DNA of 44,968 bases from the NCBI GenBank assembly GCA_903832105.1, contig CAILAO010000667.1, positions 1-44,968 on the forward strand, in the 5' to 3' direction. Of this stretch, positions 37,858 through 44,968 are shown piece after piece. The notes beneath the pieces were generated by a model. It was not told where the DNA came from. It was given only the letters and a program-made list of their open reading frames with translations, and ran no database searches. Within the stretch, counting starts at the first letter, position 1; the number at the start of each line of letters is the position of its first letter. The position numbers and the translations under genes were made by a program. Source of the DNA: an uncultured Pseudomonadota bacterium. GTDB lineage: Bacteria > Bdellovibrionota_B > Oligoflexia > Oligoflexales > CAILAO01.

Positions 37858-38086
37858 CGTTCCCTATTCCCTCGAACGCCTTGTCAATGGCGCCCTGCAG
37901 TCCCCGTTCCCCTAAAATCGTCAATAGTTGTGTTCTGATAAACGGCCACTGACTCGAATTGCCGAAGACACCTTCAACAAGCGCAAGAATTTTTCTTCTC
38001 GCTATCGCGACATCTCGCAACGCGGCGTCTTTCGAAGCTATTGGGCTTCGATGGTTGTCCTCTTCGATGAGGCATGCTCCAGTCAA
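37823..38086 (-). CDS. hypothetical protein
   Basis: 87-aa ORF overlapping the PolB start by 35 nt. Confidence 0.4.
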   Translation of the reverse strand: MTGACLIEEDNHRSPIASKDAALRDVAIARRKILALVEGVFGNSSQWPFIRTQLLTILGERGLQGAIDKAFEGIGNDGDRNHQNSGR

Positions 38087-38090
38087 TCGG

Positions 38091-38330
38091 TCACCTCTGT
38101 TTCTCTTTTGGATAAGATTCCGGCAGAAAATCTTTGCGAGAAGTTCGCAGAACCTTCTCGAGACTAACGATCATCTCCTCGGTCAGACGCTTTCGTCCCA
38201 TCAAAATTAACGACAGCTCGTCGTCTCGAAGACCGAGCAATTTAGCGGCAACATACTGACGGCCAAAACGTTCCAGAATTTTAATTTTTAGTTTGAAGAG
38301 CGGCGAATAACTCACTGCAATTTCCTCCAT
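38091..38330 (-). CDS. small XRE/Cro-like HTH regulator
   Basis: ILERFGRQYVAAKLLGLRDDELSLILMGRKRLTEEM. It is the first gene of the leftward PolB operon. Confidence 0.6.
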   Translation of the reverse strand: MEEIAVSYSPLFKLKIKILERFGRQYVAAKLLGLRDDELSLILMGRKRLTEEMIVSLEKVLRTSRKDFLPESYPKEKQR

Positions 38331-38366
38331 TCTTTAAAGCATAAAAAACTTTTTGTAGTTTTGCTT

Positions 38367-38403
38367 GGACAGAAGGTGCGCTTGTTTGTTAGCTTCTTTG
38401 TCC
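38367..38403. promoter_or_regulatory. imperfect inverted repeat in the divergent promoter region
   Basis: GGACAGAAG (38367-38375) and CTTCTTTGTCC (38393-38403), lying between the HTH gene and the 275-aa gene. Confidence 0.3.
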
Positions 38404-38419
38404 AGGAAGAGGAGTTTTT

Positions 38420-39247
38420 ATGGGTGATATTGATCTATTGAAGAGAATTTTGAGTAACCCTAGAGCGCAAGGGAGAAAAGCAATCGAGCTTTCCTTGAAA
38501 TCTGGAAGAGAAGATGCTGCTAATGAATTCATGGATAATTTGCGGACCGATTTTTACAAAATATTTCATAACAGATTGAACATTCCTGAGTATGCGGATA
38601 GCCGTGCGGATCTTTTTCGTGCCATGAATTCGTTTTTCAAAAAGACAGTTTTGAATGCAGATTTTGCTGATCTAGTTGGAAAAATTTTTCCTGGGTACAA
38701 GCTGGTAAATCTGGGTCTTAAGCTAGAGTCTAAAGAGGCAACAAATCAAACGTTTGGCGAGTTTCGAAAAGCGCATCCCAAACTATGGGAACGGGCCCAA
38801 ACGAGGTTTCACGGTGAGAAGCCAGTGAGCGATGATGATTTTATTCGCAAGCCGCGTCCTTCACCGCTATGGTTTGAATACGAAAACATCATGTCGGAAA
38901 AAATTCCCCGTAGCGGTTTGTCTTCCGGTGAGGTGCTCGCATTATACCTGCTTCATCTCAATAGTGTCCTTGTCGGTCATTTTAGTTTTGGTAACACAAG
39001 AAAAGAGAAGAGACCTCCTGTTCGTTTCAGACTAAGTACGGTGGCAGGGATCTTCCTTGAACTTTACGAAGAGATGCTGCATCAAGACAAATCATTTTTT
39101 CTCACCTGCTGGAATCCAAGAGAAGAAGCGATCGATGGCGTCGATCACGTGCAAAGCATCGTGAAACAAATTGAGAGAAGCAAGACAAAGAGATCTTTCA
39201 GAAGATTGGCTAATGCATGGCAGTTTCCCCTCGATATTATTGATTAA
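38420..39247 (+). CDS. hypothetical protein
   Basis: 275-aa ORF, GGAAGAGGAG RBS. Confidence 0.7.
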   Translation: MGDIDLLKRILSNPRAQGRKAIELSLKSGREDAANEFMDNLRTDFYKIFHNRLNIPEYADSRADLFRAMNSFFKKTVLNADFADLVGKIFPGYKLVNLGLKLESKEATNQTFGEFRKAHPKLWERAQTRFHGEKPVSDDDFIRKPRPSPLWFEYENIMSEKIPRSGLSSGEVLALYLLHLNSVLVGHFSFGNTRKEKRPPVRFRLSTVAGIFLELYEEMLHQDKSFFLTCWNPREEAIDGVDHVQSIVKQIERSKTKRSFRRLANAWQFPLDIID

Positions 39248-39415
39248 ATTCCTAATTGTCGGACAAAAATAAAACGCAAATTTCATATCGTCTGTCCACC
39301 ACAAAAAAATGTTTTTGATGTAGTGTTTCGCTGAGTGGTCTGCTGGGACGAGAATTTGGTCTCTCGTTAAAGACTTACACGTTGCCATGGCGGAACACGG
39401 TCAGGAAAAGTGCTT

Positions 39416-39443
39416 GCTAGCTTCAGAAGCTGGCATGGTTTTT
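39416..39443 (+). terminator. candidate terminator hairpin with a T-run
   Basis: GCTAGCT-TCAGA-AGCTGGC followed by ATGGTTTTT. Confidence 0.35.
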
Positions 39444-39559
39444 GGGTTGGAAAGATACGCCTTGTAGGTGCGGGTGCATATTAGTCGTTCATGTTTCTAT
39501 GTATAGAACCTGCGTCTATAAACACGTACCGGCCGAGCCGGTGTTTCAGGAGGAATGAT

Positions 39560-39802
39560 ATGGACTACAAACCAGGTGATGATCTTTTAGCACTAGCTTC
39601 AAGTGCACAAATGGACACCGTCCGTACGCGTGACCCAAAGCAATGGGCGGGTCTGATGGCTGTAATTTGCTTGGCGGCCAATGCATTTGAAGGCGCACAA
39701 AACATTGAGGACTTGGCTTTGGGACTAATGGAAAATGAATACGATTTGGAAGAATTGGCGGAGAAAAAACTACAGGCTTGCAGGAGGGAGACCAGTCTAT
39801 GA
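39560..39802 (+). CDS. hypothetical small protein
   Basis: ATG 39560 lies 6 nt after AGGAGG. The ORF is open from 39491. Confidence 0.65.
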   Translation: MDYKPGDDLLALASSAQMDTVRTRDPKQWAGLMAVICLAANAFEGAQNIEDLALGLMENEYDLEELAEKKLQACRRETSL

Positions 39803-40011
39803 AAGTTAATGCATCAGGCACTTTGTTATTAACAGAGGACGAGATTCGCGAAGAAATGGATCGCCAGTACAACATTGATGAAACATTAAAAATGTACCGT
39901 GAAGAACACGTTTCGGAATCCGATTATGAATTCTTCAGACCTATCATCAAAACGAAGGAGAGATGGCTGTTCGAAGAATATCCTTCTGAAGATTATTGGT
40001 GGAAAGAATGA
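39799..40011 (+). CDS. hypothetical small acidic protein
   Basis: ATG 39799 overlaps the upstream stop (ATGA) and follows AGGAGGGAG. 19 of 70 residues are D/E. Confidence 0.65.
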   Translation: MKVNASGTLLLTEDEIREEMDRQYNIDETLKMYREEHVSESDYEFFRPIIKTKERWLFEEYPSEDYWWKE

Positions 40012-40058
40012 CATGAGCACCAACGGTTAACAAATTTCCTGTTTAAGAAAGCGACGGC

Positions 40059-40622
40059 ATGACACTGAATGGAGAGAAATGTAGTTTGCATAGGCGGGAA
40101 CCGCATCAACGCTGCTCCCGTCGCGTCAAACCCCTAGAGCGGAGATGGAGGATCACCGAGAATGCCGTGTATTTTGCAGGTTGGGGCCTCTTGGAATATG
40201 AGAAAGACGCTGCTGATAAAGTAATTGGCGTGCATCTTGGTCGTGGCGCTCCGGTAGATCTCCTACAACAGTGTTATCGAAAGCTAACGTGCTCATTGTG
40301 CAAGCGGGAGTTGTGGGCCGACGAGTTTCATATTAAACGTCGAGGTCTGGCTCTCGAAGGCCCCTTCGCCAAATTTTGGCCTCGCCGAGAAAGCCGCTGC
40401 ATCGAGTGTGAGAGGAAGGTCAAAAAGGCTCAACATAGACACCGCAAAGCCAAAAGACTCCTTCAACAAAAGCAGTCACCGCGTCCGCGTCAGTTGCGAA
40501 TTGTAGATCCAAGAAAAATGTTGGTAAAAGAACTCCGATGGCAGAGTTCAGACGAAGTAGCCTTCGATCTGAAGCGATTGTTAACAGATTTTGCAGCGGA
40601 GGTTTTTCTCGATGAGACTTAA
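40059..40622 (+). CDS. basic Cys-containing protein, translationally coupled to the serine recombinase
   Basis: 187-aa ORF with CSLCKRE...RCIECERKVKKAQHRHRKAKR. Its stop overlaps the recombinase start (ATGAGACTTAA). The start codon is uncertain. Confidence 0.5.
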   Translation: MTLNGEKCSLHRREPHQRCSRRVKPLERRWRITENAVYFAGWGLLEYEKDAADKVIGVHLGRGAPVDLLQQCYRKLTCSLCKRELWADEFHIKRRGLALEGPFAKFWPRRESRCIECERKVKKAQHRHRKAKRLLQQKQSPRPRQLRIVDPRKMLVKELRWQSSDEVAFDLKRLLTDFAAEVFLDET

Positions 40623-42297
40623 AAAGGGAGACTGGCTCCGTGTTTGGGCTTTGGCTCGTGTATCAACCACCGCACAAGCCAACGTCGAACACGGGAGCCT
40701 TGAACAACAAAAAAACATGATGAAAAGGTGGGCGCAGGAACAAACTAACAAGACCGGAACTACGTTTGACTTGAGAGACGAACACATAATTGAAGAAGAT
40801 ATTAGCGGGCGTGCATCTTCTGTTCACAAGCGAACCGGGCTTAATTCTATTCGTCGCGCCATCCGTCAAGGCGAATGCGATGTGCTGGTGATCGAGAAAA
40901 TCGATAGATTAGCTCGAGACCAAAACCTTGCGCGCACTATACTTCAGGAAGCAGCTGACCACGGTGTACTGGTTTATGAAATCGAGTCAGGACTCATCGA
41001 TATGCGAGACAGGGGTTCGCGTCTTGGCTTTAACATCAAAAACATGATGGCCGAAGAATACAGCCTTGACCTCGAGGAAAAAATCACCAAAAAGCTCCGT
41101 GAAGCCATGGTGAATAATGGGAAGGGCGTATCGACATGTGCAGTGCTCGGTCTCGACCCTCATCCGGTTCGCGCTGGTTTTTACGTGAAAGTTCCCGAGG
41201 AAATCGTGGTTGTCCAAGACATCTATGAGCAGTTTTGCATACTGAGATCCTACACGGCATTGGCGGAATATTGCAGTCAAAAGGGTTACCGCTCTAAGCC
41301 GAGAATCATCAAAGAAAAAATCGTGCGTGGTGAGAGGGTGGCGGCACGCAAAGTTGGCGGAGAGACGATGTGTCCGAAGTATCTTCGTGCTCTTCTCACA
41401 AACCCAAAGCTCCATGGTGGCTCATCTTTCAAAGACACGTGGAACCAATTTCCGCAGCTTCAAGACGAGGACCAAAACGTACGTTGGGAATATGCTCATG
41501 GTCCAGTTATTGACAAGGCACTTTGTGATCGAGTTATGACGACCATCAGGGAGATTGAGGGTCAAAGACTTCGAATTAGCGAAAGCCGAGGTGTTTATCT
41601 TTTGTCCGGTGTTCTGGTGGACGCCAACGGCAACAAATTCTATGGGTCGCGCGCAAAAGCGGGGCAATTTCATTATTATGTTTGTGGTAAGACAGGGGCA
41701 CGTTTACCAGCTGACTTGATGGACGACGTGGTTATCAAGCGAGTGAAGGAATACCTTCAAAGCAGCGACCTAATGCGAGGTATTTTGGAGACAGCTCTGA
41801 AACACCAGAATGTCGGTTTGCCTGCGATCGATGCTGAGATGGCGAAGATTAAGGGGCGGATCAAGAACCTTGAAGATGTGGTAGAGCGTTTTTCAACTTC
41901 ACTGCGTGAGTCAGCTTTGTCTGGTGTCGCCAATATTCCAGAAGTCTGTGCCGCCCTTCTTGGCGAAAAAAAGAAAGCTCAAGCAGACCTTGCCGCCGAG
42001 CAGGCAAAACTTGATGACTTTGCTCGGAGGCGGGAGCGGATCAAGAACCAACAAGCCGGTCGGACGATAGAAACCTACCTTCAACAAGCCCTCGCAAAGT
42101 TCGACGAGAAATCCGACCTGATGAAAAAGCGCATCGTTCAGGCGATCGTGCCGCAAGTCATTGTAAAATCAGAAGAAGAAATTGTTTTGATGATAAATCC
42201 AGAGCCTTCCGATGTTTGTCACATTGGAGGTAAAGAAGTTGTTTTAAAGGAAGAAGAGCGGGATGGACGGGACTTGAACCCGCGGCCTCCGGCGTGA
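40612..42297 (+). CDS. large serine recombinase
   Basis: RVWALARVSTTAQ (catalytic Ser), DVLVIEKIDRLARD, recombinase domain and C-terminal coiled-coil region. ATG 40612 (MRLKKG). Confidence 0.9.
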   Translation: MRLKKGDWLRVWALARVSTTAQANVEHGSLEQQKNMMKRWAQEQTNKTGTTFDLRDEHIIEEDISGRASSVHKRTGLNSIRRAIRQGECDVLVIEKIDRLARDQNLARTILQEAADHGVLVYEIESGLIDMRDRGSRLGFNIKNMMAEEYSLDLEEKITKKLREAMVNNGKGVSTCAVLGLDPHPVRAGFYVKVPEEIVVVQDIYEQFCILRSYTALAEYCSQKGYRSKPRIIKEKIVRGERVAARKVGGETMCPKYLRALLTNPKLHGGSSFKDTWNQFPQLQDEDQNVRWEYAHGPVIDKALCDRVMTTIREIEGQRLRISESRGVYLLSGVLVDANGNKFYGSRAKAGQFHYYVCGKTGARLPADLMDDVVIKRVKEYLQSSDLMRGILETALKHQNVGLPAIDAEMAKIKGRIKNLEDVVERFSTSLRESALSGVANIPEVCAALLGEKKKAQADLAAEQAKLDDFARRRERIKNQQAGRTIETYLQQALAKFDEKSDLMKKRIVQAIVPQVIVKSEEEIVLMINPEPSDVCHIGGKEVVLKEEERDGRDLNPRPPA

Positions 42298-42306
42298 CAG
42301 GCCGGA
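42260..42306 (-). pseudogene. 3'-terminal 47-nt fragment of tRNA-Asp(GUC); putative att core
   Basis: The minus strand reads CCGGC-CTGTCAC-GCCGG (anticodon arm, GTC), AGGCC (variable), GCGGG-TTCAAGT-CCCGT (T arm), CCATCCC (acceptor 3' strand). No matching D arm or 5' acceptor strand (GGGATGG) lies to the right. Confidence 0.75.
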
Positions 42307-42780
42307 GGTTAGAACTAACACACCAGTATATGACTAAATTGATGTAATGAAGTCAATAGGTTTGTTAGAAAACCCTGTTTAATTCCTTCGAAGAGTGGAA
42401 AAATTCGGATAAGTCTGAATAAATAAAGATCTGCTCTTCAGACCGGAATTCATCTGCCTTCGAAAATCCGTTCAAACATAAGTTATCGAGACGTTTTAAT
42501 TCGTAGTGGCATCTTGATATATATTTTTAATATGTTGTTTTGATTGGTTTTTTATGAGTTACGACATCATGTCGCAAGGTTTGCGACACAGATTTACTTT
42601 CTGTGGGTAGGATTTGAAATGATTTTTGATTTAATTAATTAATTTTGAAATTTGTTTCAAATGAATACGGAACTTGTTTTCAATATGCCCTCTCAGCCTC
42701 CTTTCTAGTAAGAAGCTTCATGAAAGCCCTCGGTAACCTTTGACAAAAAACCGCAGCAATTCCAGTAACGGTCGAAAAAT

Positions 42781-43115
42781 GTGACGCTAATAGCAAACTT
42801 CAAGTTGAGAAGGGCATTTTCGCACAAGCATCTGTCACTGAAAGATCCCAACAACCCCAATGGCGATCTTATCTATATACCGAAATCCCCGTGGTCAGAT
42901 GGTACTCAAGCAATTCTCCTGACCAAAATGGATTTCATAGAAAAACTCGCTGCGGTGGAAAGATCAATCCTGCAAACTGCACGTCCTACACGTCGCCGCC
43001 AGCCATCATGACCATGCTGAGGCTCCTAGGAATCCGGTATCATGGTCCCCCCATTAGGCCGGCGCGACGACAGGGTGATTATCCGGATATTGATCAGATG
43101 CCCGCCTACGACTAG
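42781..43115 (+). pseudogene. possible frameshifted remnant of an IS91/Y2-type transposase C-terminus
   Basis: GDLIYIPKSPWSDGTQAILLTKMDFIEKL in one frame and LLGIRYHG in another are reminiscent of the V.F.Y...L...EFI.R and IR.YG blocks. Very weak. Confidence 0.2.
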
Positions 43116-43361
43116 TCAACAATAGCCACTCCTAGCCTAATACCTAAAAAAGTTGAAAAAGCTGATTCTTACTGCACACCAACAAAAATCAAAGAAAAAA
43201 CAAGCATCCGCAGTCAAAATTGACTCCGAAGTGTCCCGGGTTATGAGCCTAAACGGCGTTTTGTTGCAATAAGCCTCCTATTAATAGAAGTTAGAAAAAG
43301 GGATTCTCTTGCTCCGATGTCTTTAAAAGAGTTAAGAATAACTAAGTAGAAAGGTGATTAT

Positions 43362-43913
43362 ATGAACTTTGACAATTTATCACAAGAATTTCAGCATGCT
43401 TTTAAAAAACTCAACGAATGGCTCAAGAAAAATAATATGTCAATGCAGATTCTCATGGGTGGTGCAAGCGCTATGCGTATCGCAGGCATTATCTCCAGAG
43501 ACAGCAAAGACATCGACTCATTTATAGCAATATGTAGTTCTATTAAAGAAAGAATAAAAGAAATCTCCGAGGAACTTGGCTTAGATTATGATTGGCTTAA
43601 CGATCAAGCAAGCGCTATCCCTCTTCCTGACGGAGCGGAGGGTCGATGCCAAGAATTAGAAACACCATTAACAAATATTAAAATAAGTATTTTGTCTCGA
43701 AAAGATATGATAATTCTCAAAATTAACGCTGCTGTAACAAGAGGCGAACAAAGAGATATAGATGATCTTTTGATTGCAAAACCAACAAAAACTGAATTCG
43801 ATGCAGCCGTATCCTACATCAAAACTAAACAGCGCCCTGACGATCTTCAGTTCCAAGAATACCAAGATCAAGACATAGAAACCCTAAAAAAAGGCCTATT
43901 TAGAAATGAATAA
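43362..43913 (+). CDS. minimal nucleotidyltransferase-fold protein (MNT/AbiEii-like GG..DID motif)
   Basis: ILMGGASAMRIAGIISRDSKDIDSF. AAAGGTG RBS. Confidence 0.55.
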   Translation: MNFDNLSQEFQHAFKKLNEWLKKNNMSMQILMGGASAMRIAGIISRDSKDIDSFIAICSSIKERIKEISEELGLDYDWLNDQASAIPLPDGAEGRCQELETPLTNIKISILSRKDMIILKINAAVTRGEQRDIDDLLIAKPTKTEFDAAVSYIKTKQRPDDLQFQEYQDQDIETLKKGLFRNE

Positions 43914-44394
43914 TATAGTTTTGAATTACAAAAATTGGGGAAAAGAAGAAAGCGAAAAAATCGGTTTCGGACTCGCGAAAAAAATTGGAATTATGTCCGG
44001 CGGAGATATTGACTCAACCCAATTCAGTGGGTCAGATGAAGAATTAATAATTATCTTGCTCATTCTCTCAAGAAGATCCGGGAGACTATTTGAAGCGTGT
44101 AGAAATTTATTAACCTCCAAACCTATGCTCTTTAAAAAAGCTATGGAATTAGCGATAAAACTCTCTCCAAATAATGAAGAATACGCAATTGCAGCAATTG
44201 CCTTAGCCTCTTTTTCAATAAATCAAAATTATGCTTCAATTCTGAAGCCGCTTAACTCGGAAATATTGTTTTTCTACGAATCTCCTTTATTAAGATCAAT
44301 GAAAATTGAACCACTTCCGCTTTCATTTGGACTTAAAATCCCTGTCATTGCTCAAAGACCTCGAAAATTTATTCGTTATTTAGGGCGTGATTAA
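43906..44394 (+). CDS. hypothetical protein, partner of the nucleotidyltransferase
   Basis: 162-aa ORF overlapping the upstream gene by 8 nt (ATGAATAA). It contains no His, so it is not a canonical HEPN Rx4-6H protein. Confidence 0.55.
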   Translation: MNNIVLNYKNWGKEESEKIGFGLAKKIGIMSGGDIDSTQFSGSDEELIIILLILSRRSGRLFEACRNLLTSKPMLFKKAMELAIKLSPNNEEYAIAAIALASFSINQNYASILKPLNSEILFFYESPLLRSMKIEPLPLSFGLKIPVIAQRPRKFIRYLGRD

Positions 44395-44793
44395 TGGCGA
44401 GATATGAATGAATCGTGCATACATCTTCCCGCATTCAGAAATTTTTCGTCTTTTTCGTGATTTTGTTCGAGATCGTTCCAACACGAAAAAACTAGAAGAC
44501 CTGGACGCTACATGTGAAACATTTAGGAACAGCTTGTATGAATTAATTGGTGGGGAATAACTCAAACTATTAAGGGAAGATGAATCACGGTTTTTCGATT
44601 TTGTAGACAAAAGTTACACCATTTCGCTGGAGAATTTTGAACTTCGCTATATGCGTATGAGCAGGGTTAATATGCAAAAAATAGTTCGCGTTGGTAAAAA
44701 ACTCTTTGCCGATACGCCCACTTTTTAGTGATATGAGCGAGTCCAGTATTGCCCTTCAAAAATTCAAAACCAAAACTGGTCCACTTGCCCTTT

Positions 44794-44968
44794 TTATTGA
44801 ATACTCAAGGCAAAACCATTCGTCGTATAAGCGTTGCCCCAACCGTCCGTCAAATTAAGATTGAAGGTAGCACTGCCCACGGGCGCCGATGGGGAGATAG
44901 TGAGTGTGAGATAGTAATAGTAGCTACTGGAACAATAACCCGGGCTGTAGCCACCGCAAGCTTCAGCA
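44794..44968 (-). CDS. C-terminal end of a protein whose gene continues beyond the window
   Basis: Open minus-strand frame to the window edge, ending ...NLTDGWGNAYTTNGFALSIQ then TAA (44794-44796). Confidence 0.4.
   Translation of the reverse strand, partial: AEACGGYSPGYCSSSYYYYLTLTISPSAPVGSATFNLNLTDGWGNAYTTNGFALSIQ

Larger units (their letters stand above)
29656..42306. mobile_element. integrative element(s) with their own replication module; boundaries uncertain and possibly two adjacent elements
   Basis: Tyrosine integrase, DUF3768 neighbour, iterons, PolB, XPD-like helicase, serine recombinase and a tRNA-Asp 3' fragment at the right edge. Confidence 0.45.

Noticed and set aside
39092-39388. 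98-aa minus-strand ORF
   Set aside because: It overlaps the 3' end of the 275-aa plus-strand gene and has no RBS or motif.
42260-42340. A complete tRNA gene
   Set aside because: Only the anticodon arm, variable loop, T arm and 3' acceptor strand are present. The expected D arm and the GGGATGG 5' acceptor strand are missing to the right.
44408-44728. 50-codon and 55-codon ORFs in the same frame, separated by a single in-frame TAA (44558-44560), directly after the nucleotidyltransferase pair
   Set aside because: It could be a pseudogene or a read-through. I recognise no family, there is no RBS, and I cannot support either ORF as a gene.

Overview
Bacterial accessory DNA, mid-40s % GC by eye. 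Lipobox lipoproteins suggest a Gram-negative host; the taxon cannot be determined. All domain calls come from motif recognition by eye and no searches were run. LEFT (866-20482) is a defence island with five parts. (i) A translationally coupled minus-strand operon: excisionase-type HTH, DUF499-like P-loop ATPase, small protein, DUF1156-like DPPY methyltransferase, PLD-SNF2 helicase. (ii) An unusual trio of sigma-like protein, 138-aa unknown and ImmA/IrrE (CapP-like) metallopeptidase. (iii) A divergent CBASS operon: HNH-SAVED Cap5-like effector, CD-NTase, E2-only protein. (iv) A GC-rich decayed UvrD-like helicase/PD-(D/E)XK nuclease fragment. (v) An orphan 442-aa protein. MIDDLE (20878-28001) holds an HExxH peptidase plus ICMT-family methyltransferase, a DnaB-C-like ATPase, an EcsC-like gene with 36-bp tandem repeats, and an XRE-led lipoprotein cluster that includes a repeat-rich DUF1566 lipoprotein. 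RIGHT (28703-42306) holds integrative element(s) with a tyrosine integrase, DUF3768 and iteron-like repeats plus a long hairpin. It also carries an XPD/DinG-like Fe-S helicase, a 1182-aa family-B DNA polymerase with a C-terminal primase-like/Zn-finger extension, and a large serine recombinase. The 3' end of that recombinase runs into a 47-nt 3' fragment of tRNA-Asp(GUC), which looks like an att core. FAR RIGHT has a possible transposase scar, a nucleotidyltransferase gene pair and a partial secreted-protein gene. The three best candidates for undescribed biology are the sigma/unknown/ImmA trio lying between the two immune operons, the DUF499/DUF1156/PLD-SNF2 operon, and the PolB-primase-like/XPD-helicase replicative element.
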